Assembly (NCBI GenBank): GCA_027064305.1
Contig: JAMOPY010000023.1
Location: forward strand, 16,569 to 48,568
Reading direction: 5' to 3'
Source of the DNA: Methanobacteriota archaeon
GTDB taxonomy: Archaea > JAADCQ01 > Methanopyri > Methanopyrales > Methanopyraceae
Length of the DNA stretch: 32,000 bases
Shown here: in pieces, positions 7,829 to 16,362 of the stretch
How positions within the stretch are numbered: the first letter of the stretch is position 1
Layout: every line of letters begins with the position of its first letter
Translations under genes and position numbers: made by a program
The notes under the pieces: model-generated
What the model was told of the DNA's origin: nothing
Seen by the model: the letters and a program-made list of their open reading frames with translations, nothing else
Database searches by the model: none

Positions 7829-8719
7829 ATGCCCCGAATCCTCCGCGTCGCCACCCGCTCCAGCCGGCTCGCCCTCACCCAAACGCGCGAGTTCCTGGAA
7901 CACCTCCGCAGCGAGCTCCCCCACGACGTCGAGTTCAAGCTGATCAAGACCCGGTCGAAGGGCGACCGCGTCCGGGACCGACCGCTCCACCGGCTCGGCG
8001 AGAAGGGGGTCTTCGTCAAGGCCGTCGACCGGCTCGTGCTGGAGGGGCGCGCCGACTGCGCCGTGCACAGCGCCAAGGACGTGCCCTCCGAGCCCGACTA
8101 CCCCGTCACCTTCGCCGCCGTACCCCCCCGCCGCGACCCCCGCGAGTGCCTCGTCTCGCGCACCGGGGCCCGGCTCAAGGAGCTCCCGAGCGGCTCCGTG
8201 GTGGGCACCAGCAGCCCCCGCCGCCGCGCCCAGATCCTCCTCGAGCGACCGGACCTCCGGGTCGAGCCCCTACGCGGGAACGTGGACACGCGCGTCCGGA
8301 AGGTGGAGCGTGGGGAGTTCGACGCCACCGTGCTCGCCAAGGTGGGGCTCGAGCGGCTCGGCCTGGAGGCCCGCATCTCCGAGGTGTTCGAGCCGGAGGA
8401 GTTCGTGCCGCCCGCCGGGCAGGGCGCGCTGCTGGTCACCTGCCGCCCCGACGACGACCGGACCCGAAGGCTGCTGGAGCACGGGGACGATCCCCGGAGC
8501 CGGGTCGAGGTGGAGGTGGAGAAGGAGATCGTGCGGCGGCTGGGGGTCGGCTGCGCCGAGCCCGTGGGCGTGTACGCCCGCGCCCGAGGGTCTCGAGTCC
8601 GGGTGGTGCTGAAGCTGCTCGACGGGGAGGGCACCCGGGCCCGACTGCTCAGCGAGCGCGGGAGCCCGGAGGAGGTGGTGGAGAGGATCGTCACCCGGGC
8701 CCGGGGAGCGTGGGCTTGA
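7829..8719 (+). CDS. hemC: Porphobilinogen deaminase (hydroxymethylbilane synthase)
   Basis: RVATRSSRLALTQ, IKTRSKGD, HSAKDVPSE, GTSSPRRRAQ, LRGNVDTRV, GVGCAEPVGVYA (dipyrromethane Cys). Confidence 0.95.
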   Translation: MPRILRVATRSSRLALTQTREFLEHLRSELPHDVEFKLIKTRSKGDRVRDRPLHRLGEKGVFVKAVDRLVLEGRADCAVHSAKDVPSEPDYPVTFAAVPPRRDPRECLVSRTGARLKELPSGSVVGTSSPRRRAQILLERPDLRVEPLRGNVDTRVRKVERGEFDATVLAKVGLERLGLEARISEVFEPEEFVPPAGQGALLVTCRPDDDRTRRLLEHGDDPRSRVEVEVEKEIVRRLGVGCAEPVGVYARARGSRVRVVLKLLDGEGTRARLLSERGSPEEVVERIVTRARGAWA

Positions 8720-9519
8720 GCGAGCGCGTCCTGTACCTCGTCGGGGCGGGCCTGGCCGACGTGCGGGACCTCACCGTCCGCGCCCTGAGGACGCTGGCCC
8801 GGGCGGACCTCGTGCTGGTGGACACGTACACGAGCGTGTACGAGCTCCGGGAGCGGGAGCTCCGGCGCCTACTGCGGGCGCTCGGACACGATCCCCCCGA
8901 GATCCGACCGTGCTCGCGGGAGGAGCTCGAGGAGCGGTTCTTCGAGGTGGTGGGGGAGGCCGAGCGGGTGGCCGTGCTCTCGCCGGGGGACCCGATGGTC
9001 GCCACGACGCACGCCACCCTGGCCGTGGAGGCCGCCCGGCGCGGCTGGTCGGTGAGGATCGTGCCCGGCGTGTCGATCCTCACCGCCGGGCCCGGTCGGG
9101 CGGGGCTGGAGCTGTACCGCTTCGGCCGGACCGCCACGATCCCGCTCCGCGTGCGGTCCGTGTACCCGTACGACGTGCTGGAGCGGAACCGGGACGCCGA
9201 CCTGCACACCCTGTTCCTGCTCGAGGCGGCCTCGGAGCGGGAGTACGTGTCCGTGGCGGACGCGGTCCGGTACCTGCTGGAGCTGGAGCGGGAGGAGGGT
9301 CGGGGCGTGGTCTCGCCGGACGACGAGGTGATCGGCGTGCTCCGGCTGGGGTTCGAGGACGAGCTGGTGGTCCGGGGGACGGTCCACGAGATGTCCGGGT
9401 GTTGGGACCCCGGGCCGCCGCAAGCTCTTATATATCCGGCCCGGCTGAGGGGGCCGGAGCGGGAGTTCCTCGAGCTCCTGGTCCCACACGTGCGAGACGC
9501 GCGGAGGCGTGGTGAGTGA
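8716..9519 (+). CDS. dphB: Diphthine synthase
   Basis: [64 protein letters not shown] start overlaps the hemC TGA. Confidence 0.93.
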   Translation: MSERVLYLVGAGLADVRDLTVRALRTLARADLVLVDTYTSVYELRERELRRLLRALGHDPPEIRPCSREELEERFFEVVGEAERVAVLSPGDPMVATTHATLAVEAARRGWSVRIVPGVSILTAGPGRAGLELYRFGRTATIPLRVRSVYPYDVLERNRDADLHTLFLLEAASEREYVSVADAVRYLLELEREEGRGVVSPDDEVIGVLRLGFEDELVVRGTVHEMSGCWDPGPPQALIYPARLRGPEREFLELLVPHVRDARRRGE

Positions 9520-9878
9520 CCTTGGCCGAGGGTGAGGGTGGGGACTACCACGTCGTGCTGGAGGCCGCGTGGATCGTGTACAACGTGGACAGCGAGGACG
9601 ATGCCATCAACATCGCCATCGCGGAGGCCGGCAAGCGCCTGAACCGCCACGGCCTGGACTACGTGGACATCGACGTGGGCTTCTTCGAGTGCCCGGAGTG
9701 CGGCGAGGAGATCGAGGGCGTGTGGATCGTGGCCAACACCGCGCTGGTCAGGCTCCTCCTCTCCATGCGCGTGTTCAACGCCGAGAACGAGGAGCACGCG
9801 ATCCGGATCGCGAAGTACGAGATCGGCCAGGCGCTGGAGGACGTGCCGCTCGAGGTCGTGGAGGTCACCCCGATCTAG
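9516..9878 (+). CDS. DUF555/UPF0212 family protein with Cys pair
   Basis: [55 protein letters not shown] family pattern. GTG at 9516; TTG at 9522 alternative. Confidence 0.8.
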   Translation: MTLAEGEGGDYHVVLEAAWIVYNVDSEDDAINIAIAEAGKRLNRHGLDYVDIDVGFFECPECGEEIEGVWIVANTALVRLLLSMRVFNAENEEHAIRIAKYEIGQALEDVPLEVVEVTPI

Positions 9879-10990
9879 AGCCGGTACCGCGCGATCACGT
9901 GCCCCCAGATCAGGGACGACAGCAGGGTGAAGGTGGCCAGCGCGAAGGAGTTCATCGCCCGCGAGAACAGGAAGGCGCCGATCAGGGACTGGATGGAGAA
10001 CGCCATCAGGCACCCGAACAGCAGGGCCTCCCGCGCCGCCAGCTCGGAGGAGAACTCGTACCGCCGGCGCCCCACGTACTCGGACAGGCACCTCGACCCC
10101 ACGTACAGCGTGATCCCGACCCAGAGCGACAGCAGGAACGCGCCCACGTACCCGAAGTCGAACGCCCAGACGAACACGCCCGGGAGCATGTAGTCCAGCA
10201 GGTCCTTCCTCGCGACCAGCGCGCCGTGCAGCGTGGGCACGTTCAGGTTGAACATGACCAGGTACCCCACGGGCAGCGTCACGAACCCGTCCCCGAACCC
10301 GCACCAGTGGTAACCCGCCGGGAGAGACTTGGTGGAGTGGCCCACCAGGTACGCGTTCTTGCGGATGAAATCCAGGCCCGGCACGGTGTACTCCGCGAAC
10401 CGCTTCACCCGCAGCGCCGGGCTGAGCACCGGCTTGTTCAACACCCGAGCCGCCGCCTCCATCAGCAGCAGGAGCCCCACCCCGATCGCGGAGACCGCGG
10501 CGATCACCCGCCGACTCATCTGGCCCGCGCGCGCGGCGAGGGCCCCGATCCTCGTCCCCACCTCCAGCTGCCGCGAGATCAGGTACTCGGTCCCGATCCA
10601 GCAGAGCAGCCAGGAGAGCAGGTAATCCCGGTGCATCACGCCCCCGAAGATCCCGGTGAACAGCCAGAGCGTGTTCAGCACCGGCCGGGTTCGGCGGGCC
10701 GCCGAGATCCCGCGCGCCTCCAGCAGGCCGATCAGGTACCGGGCCGAGGCCCACGCGGCGAGGGTCAAGGGCCCGAACGGGTGCGTGAACTCGTGCCTGG
10801 GGAGGGGGAGGAACAGCGACAGCATGTCCACGAAGAACATCAGCATCAGGACGGCCAGGAGGAGGATGGACAGGGACAGCACGCGCTGGATGGTCACGCT
10901 GGAGTAGGCCAGCGTGAGCGGGACCACGGTGTGGGTCATCAGGAGGAAGTCCACCAGCGCCTCGCCCGTGTTGTGCGGCACCAGGTACAA
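9875..10990 (-). CDS. Polytopic membrane protein, unknown function
   Basis: 371 aa, multiple hydrophobic helices; shares a CTAG stop with the convergent DUF555 gene. Confidence 0.75.
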   Translation of the reverse strand: MYLVPHNTGEALVDFLLMTHTVVPLTLAYSSVTIQRVLSLSILLLAVLMLMFFVDMLSLFLPLPRHEFTHPFGPLTLAAWASARYLIGLLEARGISAARRTRPVLNTLWLFTGIFGGVMHRDYLLSWLLCWIGTEYLISRQLEVGTRIGALAARAGQMSRRVIAAVSAIGVGLLLLMEAAARVLNKPVLSPALRVKRFAEYTVPGLDFIRKNAYLVGHSTKSLPAGYHWCGFGDGFVTLPVGYLVMFNLNVPTLHGALVARKDLLDYMLPGVFVWAFDFGYVGAFLLSLWVGITLYVGSRCLSEYVGRRRYEFSSELAAREALLFGCLMAFSIQSLIGAFLFSRAMNSFALATFTLLSSLIWGHVIARYRL

Positions 10991-10991
10991 G

Positions 10992-12263
10992 CTACCACCC
11001 TCTCACGCGCCGGTACATCAGCTCCCTGACGCACCCCAGCACGATCAGGGTGACGCCCAGGGCGGAACCCACCAGGCCCAGCGCGTGCAGCACCTCCGTC
11101 GGCACGGGCGACTTCATCGGATGCTTCTTGTACCCGCGGGGTAGCGGTCGCATGTACACGGTGACCACGTTTGCCTTCTTCTCCACCTTCACGTCGCTCG
11201 GCAGCACGTAATCGTACCCCAGCAGGGTGTTGTTGTCGATCGCGTTGTCGATGGCCCGCGCGATGTCCTCAGGATCCCGCTTCCCGTGCTGGATCAGCGA
11301 CTGCACGATCTCCACGATGGTCGCCTTGTCGTGGGGGCCCCGAACCCCGTACACGCGCACCACCGGCTGGTTCCGACGCACGGTGATCAGGTCACGCGCC
11401 ACCTGCCAGGCGTACTCGGTCTTCAGCGGCGACCCGCACACCGGGCACCGCGTGTACCGGGCCGCCGTCGGGAAGGGCGCGCTCCACCCGCACTTGGTGC
11501 ACGCCTTCCGGTACGGGGCGTCCATCGGGAACCCCCGCTCGTTGAGCCGGGCGGGCACGAACGTGTCACCGGTGGAGAGGCCGGCGGTGATGTTCACGGC
11601 GCCGCCCCCGTACTTCTCACCGGACTTCTTGGCCACGTACCCCATCACCCGGGCGAGCACCTCCGTCGCCGGCAGCCCGTCCCGGATCATGCGGCCCGCC
11701 ATGATCGCCGCCTCGACGCGGACCCTCGTCGCCGTACCGTAGAGCGGGTTGCCCGGCGTGTTACGCAGGTGAATCACCGCGCACTTCACGTTCGGGGGGA
11801 TCTTGACGATGTTCGGGCCCGAACCGCTGTGATACTGCCGAATGATGATCTTGTTCCCCTTCACGAGGACCACGGCGATGTCGTAGCTACCGCCCACCAC
11901 GATGCCCCGGCGCGGTCCACCCACCAGCAGTCGATCCGTGGGCGACTTCTCGATCCCGGCCCGCACCGCCTCCTCCAGGGGCATCCCCAGCTCCAGCCGC
12001 CGAATGCACGCCAGGATCGCCTCCAGTCGCGCGGTACCCTTACCCAGACCACCCGCCAGCACGGCCACGTGCAGCTTCTTGGACACGAGGAACGTGGACT
12101 GGAACATGTTGGGGGCGAACGACATCGAGCCCGCGGCCGCGCCGTTCGGATCCTTGCCGCTGGGGTCGGTGATGACGATCATGTTAAACGTGGCCGAGGC
12201 GGCCGAGGGAAGCGCGACGAGCAGGGCCAGAACCGCGATCCACCACCGCTCGATGGTCCCCAC
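10992..12263 (-). CDS. Predicted exported, membrane-anchored protein with Cys4 zinc-ribbon-like motif
   Basis: N-term signal-like IERWWIAVLALLVALPSAASA; CTKCGWSAPFPTAARYTRCPVCG; C-term helix ALGLVGSALGVTLIVLGCV. Confidence 0.75.
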   Translation of the reverse strand: MGTIERWWIAVLALLVALPSAASATFNMIVITDPSGKDPNGAAAGSMSFAPNMFQSTFLVSKKLHVAVLAGGLGKGTARLEAILACIRRLELGMPLEEAVRAGIEKSPTDRLLVGGPRRGIVVGGSYDIAVVLVKGNKIIIRQYHSGSGPNIVKIPPNVKCAVIHLRNTPGNPLYGTATRVRVEAAIMAGRMIRDGLPATEVLARVMGYVAKKSGEKYGGGAVNITAGLSTGDTFVPARLNERGFPMDAPYRKACTKCGWSAPFPTAARYTRCPVCGSPLKTEYAWQVARDLITVRRNQPVVRVYGVRGPHDKATIVEIVQSLIQHGKRDPEDIARAIDNAIDNNTLLGYDYVLPSDVKVEKKANVVTVYMRPLPRGYKKHPMKSPVPTEVLHALGLVGSALGVTLIVLGCVRELMYRRVRGW

Positions 12264-12269
12264 GCCCCC

Positions 12270-12689
12270 TCAGCGCGGCAGTCCGTAATCCTCGGTCACC
12301 CGGACGACCACGACCCCCGACCTCTTGACCGTGATGTGGACCGACTTGATGGGCTTGATCTTGGTGCCCGGGATCACGCTACGCATGGCGTAGATCCGAG
12401 CCTTACGAATCGCCTCCTGCAGCGGGATGCGCTTACCGTCCGGGGTGATCAGGACCCCGTTCCGCACGACCGACCCCGGGCGCAGTCCCGCCGCCATTAC
12501 GTTGCTCCTCACCACCTCCTCGGGCAGGAAGTCGCACCCGACCACGTCCACGCCGATGATCCTGATCCCCTCCTGCTTGGGCAGCGGCCGGCTCGCCCAC
12601 GCCGTGTACTCGGACAGTCGGCCCAACGCGAACAGGAGCGCGCCCAGCAGCATGATGGCCAGGTTACGCCTCGACACCCTGACTATCAT
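12270..12689 (-). CDS. Single N-terminal TM protein, unknown function
   Basis: ATG at 12689: MIVRVSRRNLAIMLLGALLFALGRLSEY... ORF is open to 12776 but that part overlaps the Mur ligase. Confidence 0.7.
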   Translation of the reverse strand: MIVRVSRRNLAIMLLGALLFALGRLSEYTAWASRPLPKQEGIRIIGVDVVGCDFLPEEVVRSNVMAAGLRPGSVVRNGVLITPDGKRIPLQEAIRKARIYAMRSVIPGTKIKPIKSVHITVKRSGVVVVRVTEDYGLPR

Positions 12690-14142
12690 CGCCCACCACC
12701 CCCATCTCCCGCAGGATCCTCCGGGCCGGCTCCATCCCCTGCGCCCCACCCAGCAGCACGACCGTGTCCTCATCACTGAGCTCCAGCGCCCGCTCCAACG
12801 CCTCCTCCAACCGCTCGAAGTGCTCCCAGCTCACCCCACCGCGCCGCAGCTCCTCCAGGAACGCCTCCCGCTCCTCCTCCCGCACCACGTTCGCCTCGTC
12901 CACCAGGCCCTTCGAATCCGTGACCAGGATGCGCACCTCCATCCCCTCCCGCTCCAGCTCCCGGGCCCCCTCCACCAGCGCCCGCGCGATCTCCCGGTTG
13001 ATCTCCGTCCCGCGCGACCCTCGGATGGCGAAGACGATCACGGCCCGGCCCTTACCCAGCCTCCTCAACGCTCGCACCGTCGCCAGGACGCCGTCCGGGT
13101 TGTGACAGAAGTCGTCCACGATCAGCGGGTCCTCCGACAACCGCTCGAACCGGCGCTTCAGCGGCCGGTACGTGCGCAGCCCCTCCGCGACGTCCTCCTC
13201 CCCCACGCCCAGTGCGTGGGCGGCCGCGGTCGCGGCGAGCGCGTTGTACAGGAAGTGATCCACCGGCAGCGGGAACTCCCGAACGGGGATCAACGGCTCG
13301 TCCTCCAGCAGGATCCACTCCTCCCCGTCCACCTCGCTGATCCGGGCGACGCCCTCCTCCCACCCGTACCACACCACGTCCGGCGCGAGCGAGGCCATCT
13401 TCGCCACGCGCTCATCGTCCGCGTTCAGCACCGCGACCCCGTCCTCCAGCGCCCGCACCACCCCGGAGACGGCCTCCGCCATCTCCTCCAGCGAGGAGAC
13501 CAGGTTCGTGTGATCCACGCCCACGTTCGTCACCACGGCCACCTCGCAGCCCAGCGCCCGGGCCATCCGGTACGCGTGATCCTCCATGACCCGGCCGGTC
13601 GGCAGGCCCTGCACCTCCGAGACCTCCACGCACAGGGCGTCCCGCGGCCGGGCCTCGCGGAGCTCCATCGCCACGACGGGATCGATGAGCGTGTTCTTCT
13701 CCGACCGGAAGTCCGTGTTGCAGTACACGTCCCGGCCCGCGACCCGCAGGATGTGCGCCAGCAGGTGGTTGGTGGTGGACTTCCCGTTCGTCCCCGTCAC
13801 GCACACGGTGACGGCGTCGGCCGCGTACCTCCGCTTCGCCAGCCGCAGCGCGTACTCGTTCGCCCGATCCACCTCCGTCAGCACGAGCGGCAGGTCGCGG
13901 CGCCGGCACTCCTCCCGGAGCCGCCCCCGGGGCTCCTCGGTGACCAGGCACGCCACGCCGCGCTCGTCCGCCAGCTCCGCCCCGCGCTCGTCGAGCCACC
14001 ACCGGATCACCACGTCCCCCTCGCCCGCCCGGCCGAGCGTGGAGAACCAGCCGCGGATCCTCCGCTCGGGGTCCCCGACGACCAGCCTCCCGTCCACCCG
14101 CTCGGCCAGCTCCCCCACGGTGAGGTCCAGCAGCGCGATCAC
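12664..14142 (-). CDS. Mur ligase family protein (pseudomurein-type peptide ligase, MurE/MurF-like N-terminus)
   Basis: CVTGTNGKSTTNHLLAHIL, SEVQG, TNVGVDHTNL, LNADDE, VDDFCHNPDGVLATV. Confidence 0.88.
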   Translation of the reverse strand: MIALLDLTVGELAERVDGRLVVGDPERRIRGWFSTLGRAGEGDVVIRWWLDERGAELADERGVACLVTEEPRGRLREECRRRDLPLVLTEVDRANEYALRLAKRRYAADAVTVCVTGTNGKSTTNHLLAHILRVAGRDVYCNTDFRSEKNTLIDPVVAMELREARPRDALCVEVSEVQGLPTGRVMEDHAYRMARALGCEVAVVTNVGVDHTNLVSSLEEMAEAVSGVVRALEDGVAVLNADDERVAKMASLAPDVVWYGWEEGVARISEVDGEEWILLEDEPLIPVREFPLPVDHFLYNALAATAAAHALGVGEEDVAEGLRTYRPLKRRFERLSEDPLIVDDFCHNPDGVLATVRALRRLGKGRAVIVFAIRGSRGTEINREIARALVEGARELEREGMEVRILVTDSKGLVDEANVVREEEREAFLEELRRGGVSWEHFERLEEALERALELSDEDTVVLLGGAQGMEPARRILREMGVVGDDSQGVEA

Positions 14143-15206
14143 CCCGCGAGCCAGAGGGCGATGCCCGCGCAGACGGCGCCGGCCATCCAGTGCAGCGCCA
14201 CCACGACCGGCTCGGGCAGGTCGTACTTGTACTGGAGGTGGTGATGCAGCGGCTCCACCGCGAGCTTGATCACGCCCGCCCGGTGCAGGAGGCTGATGAT
14301 CGTGGACCCGACGGGCACGCCCAGGGCGACGACGGCGGGCACCTCGATCTTGTAGTACAAGGCACCGGCCGCGTACGCGGCCCCCAGGAAGCAGCTGCCC
14401 GTGTCACCCATGAAGATCTTGGCCGGGTACCGGTTGTGGAACAGGAAGCCCAGGGAGGCGCCGGCGAGCGACGCGAAGAACGCGGCCCCGGGGAGCTGGT
14501 TGTGGACCAAGCACACCCCGGAGCACGCCAGAGAGGCGAGGAACAGCAGCCCCGCGGCCAGCCCGTCCATCCCGTCGATCAGGTTCACCGCGTTGGTGGC
14601 CCCGACCACGCCGAAGATCGCCAGCGGGTAGAACAGCCAGGACAGGTCGATCGCGCCGAGGTGCGGGAACCAGAGCCACGTGGCGGGCACGATGGGGAGC
14701 ACGAACAGGGCGGCCCCGGCCTGCAGCGCCAGCTTCTCCCGCTCGCTCAGCTCCTTCTTGACCGGGACCTCACCCACGATCTCGATCTTGTCCGGGGCCT
14801 CCCGCATCAGCCGCTTCAGGTCCCGCTTGGCCCGCTCCGTGGCCACGCGCGCCTCCTCACCGGGCTGCAGCACGAGCCGACCGATCCGGATCGGCTCATC
14901 GGAAACGTTCTTCACCACCTTCTGAAACTCCTTCACCTGCAGCCCGAGCAGGTCGTCCACCACGCCCAGCACCAGCATCGGGAGCGCCGAGGCGACCGGA
15001 GGGAGCGCCTGGATCGACACCAGGAGCGGCCCCGCGACCGTGCCCAGCAGGATCCCGAACCCTCCCATGATCGGCGTGCCGGCCTTGTGCGAGTGCTCCG
15101 TGACGATCGGACGGTCCACCACCCTGGCCTCCCGCATGTACCGGCGAAGCAGCCGCACGGTGACCCAGGACGTCACCGTGGAGATCGAGAACGTCTCCAC
15201 GATCAA
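14139..15206 (-). CDS. MraY/GPT-like family 4 glycosyltransferase (phospho-sugar transferase), pseudomurein-type
   Basis: HSHKAGTPIMGGFGILLG, LGVVDDLLG, ATNAVNLIDGMDGLAAG, FLFHNRYPAKIFMGDTGSCFLGA, HHHLQ. TTG start at 15206. Confidence 0.88.
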   Translation of the reverse strand: MIVETFSISTVTSWVTVRLLRRYMREARVVDRPIVTEHSHKAGTPIMGGFGILLGTVAGPLLVSIQALPPVASALPMLVLGVVDDLLGLQVKEFQKVVKNVSDEPIRIGRLVLQPGEEARVATERAKRDLKRLMREAPDKIEIVGEVPVKKELSEREKLALQAGAALFVLPIVPATWLWFPHLGAIDLSWLFYPLAIFGVVGATNAVNLIDGMDGLAAGLLFLASLACSGVCLVHNQLPGAAFFASLAGASLGFLFHNRYPAKIFMGDTGSCFLGAAYAAGALYYKIEVPAVVALGVPVGSTIISLLHRAGVIKLAVEPLHHHLQYKYDLPEPVVVALHWMAGAVCAGIALWLAG

Positions 15207-15222
15207 CGCGCTCCTCCCCGCC

Positions 15223-16362
15223 CTACAGGAACTTGCCGGCCTCCCTGATCCTCAACTCAAACTCCTTCTCCGCCAGCCGCACGTTCGCGCCCGCCGCCCG
15301 GAAGGCCGACCGCAGCCTCTCGAACGCCTCCTTAAACGATTCACCCCGGACGGTGATCCTCCCGGCCACGTCCATCCGGCCCCGGTACTCGTAGAACACG
15401 TGGTACGCTCCCCCGTCGAACCGCTCCCTAAGGGGCTCCCGACGGGACGCGTTCCACACCGGACACTCGATCGCGTGCCAGACCTTCCTGACCCGGGGCG
15501 GCCGCCAGCGCCCCACCACCATGTCCACGAGCTCCCGCAGCGGCCAGACTCCGGAACAGCCCGAGGTCATGTACCGCGTGCCGCTGGGCCGCGGGTTGAA
15601 CTCCAGGAACCAGAACTCATCCTCCCGCACCACCACGTCGAAGTCGACCGTCCCCTCCAGCCCCAACCGCTTCACGAGCCGAACCGCGCAGCGCTTGATC
15701 CCCCGCTCCACCGACCCGTCCAGCGGGGCCGGCGCCAGCCGCATCCGCTCGATCGGGTGATCCTCGTCCAGCGTCGAACCCTTGAACACCGGCACGAGCG
15801 GCACGACCTCCCCGTCCCAGGACAGCACCTCGATCGACACCTCCGCCCCCTCGACGAACTCCTCCACCAGCCGCCTCCCGTGCACCCGGGGCACCGACCG
15901 CTCGTACACGTTCACGTTGATCCCGGCCTGCGACCTCGGATCCTTCACCACGAGCGGCGGGCGCAGCCGGGGCCGCTCATCCTCCACCACCTCCCACTCC
16001 GGCGTCGGGATGTTCAGCTCCTCGAACGCCCGCTTCGCCCGGATCTTGTCCACCCCGGTCCGCGTCCCCTCCAACCCCGAGGCGGCGACGGGGATCCCCT
16101 CCGACTCCAGCCGCTCCTTCATTTCCGCCACCTCAAGCAGCGGATCGTCCACGCCGATGAGCGGGACCACCCCGTCCACCTCCCGCTCGAGCGCGATCCG
16201 CGCCGGGTGCTCCATGCCCCGGGGCACGAAGTGCACCTCGTCCGCCAGCTCCCAGTCCCAACTCTCCGGGTTCGACTCGGTCAGGATCCGGTACACCCCG
16301 GTGGACCCGGCGTACTCCGCCACGTCCCGGAACAGCCGGGCCCCCACGAACAGGACCCTCAA
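15223..16362 (-). CDS. CarB-like ATP-grasp ligase, pseudomurein cluster type
   Basis: PLVVKDPRSQAGINV, LVEEFVEGAEVSIEVL, DFDVVVREDEFWFLEFNPRPSGTRY. TTG start at 16362 overlaps the upstream TGA. Confidence 0.82.
   Translation of the reverse strand: MRVLFVGARLFRDVAEYAGSTGVYRILTESNPESWDWELADEVHFVPRGMEHPARIALEREVDGVVPLIGVDDPLLEVAEMKERLESEGIPVAASGLEGTRTGVDKIRAKRAFEELNIPTPEWEVVEDERPRLRPPLVVKDPRSQAGINVNVYERSVPRVHGRRLVEEFVEGAEVSIEVLSWDGEVVPLVPVFKGSTLDEDHPIERMRLAPAPLDGSVERGIKRCAVRLVKRLGLEGTVDFDVVVREDEFWFLEFNPRPSGTRYMTSGCSGVWPLRELVDMVVGRWRPPRVRKVWHAIECPVWNASRREPLRERFDGGAYHVFYEYRGRMDVAGRITVRGESFKEAFERLRSAFRAAGANVRLAEKEFELRIREAGKFL

Noticed and set aside
9569-11029. 486-aa plus-strand ORF across the DUF555 gene and the membrane gene
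   Set aside because: Out of frame with DUF555 and antisense to the membrane protein; biased composition.
12427-14244. 605-aa plus-strand ORF opposite the Mur ligase
   Set aside because: Low-complexity H/R/P-rich translation antisense to a motif-bearing gene; a shadow ORF from high GC.
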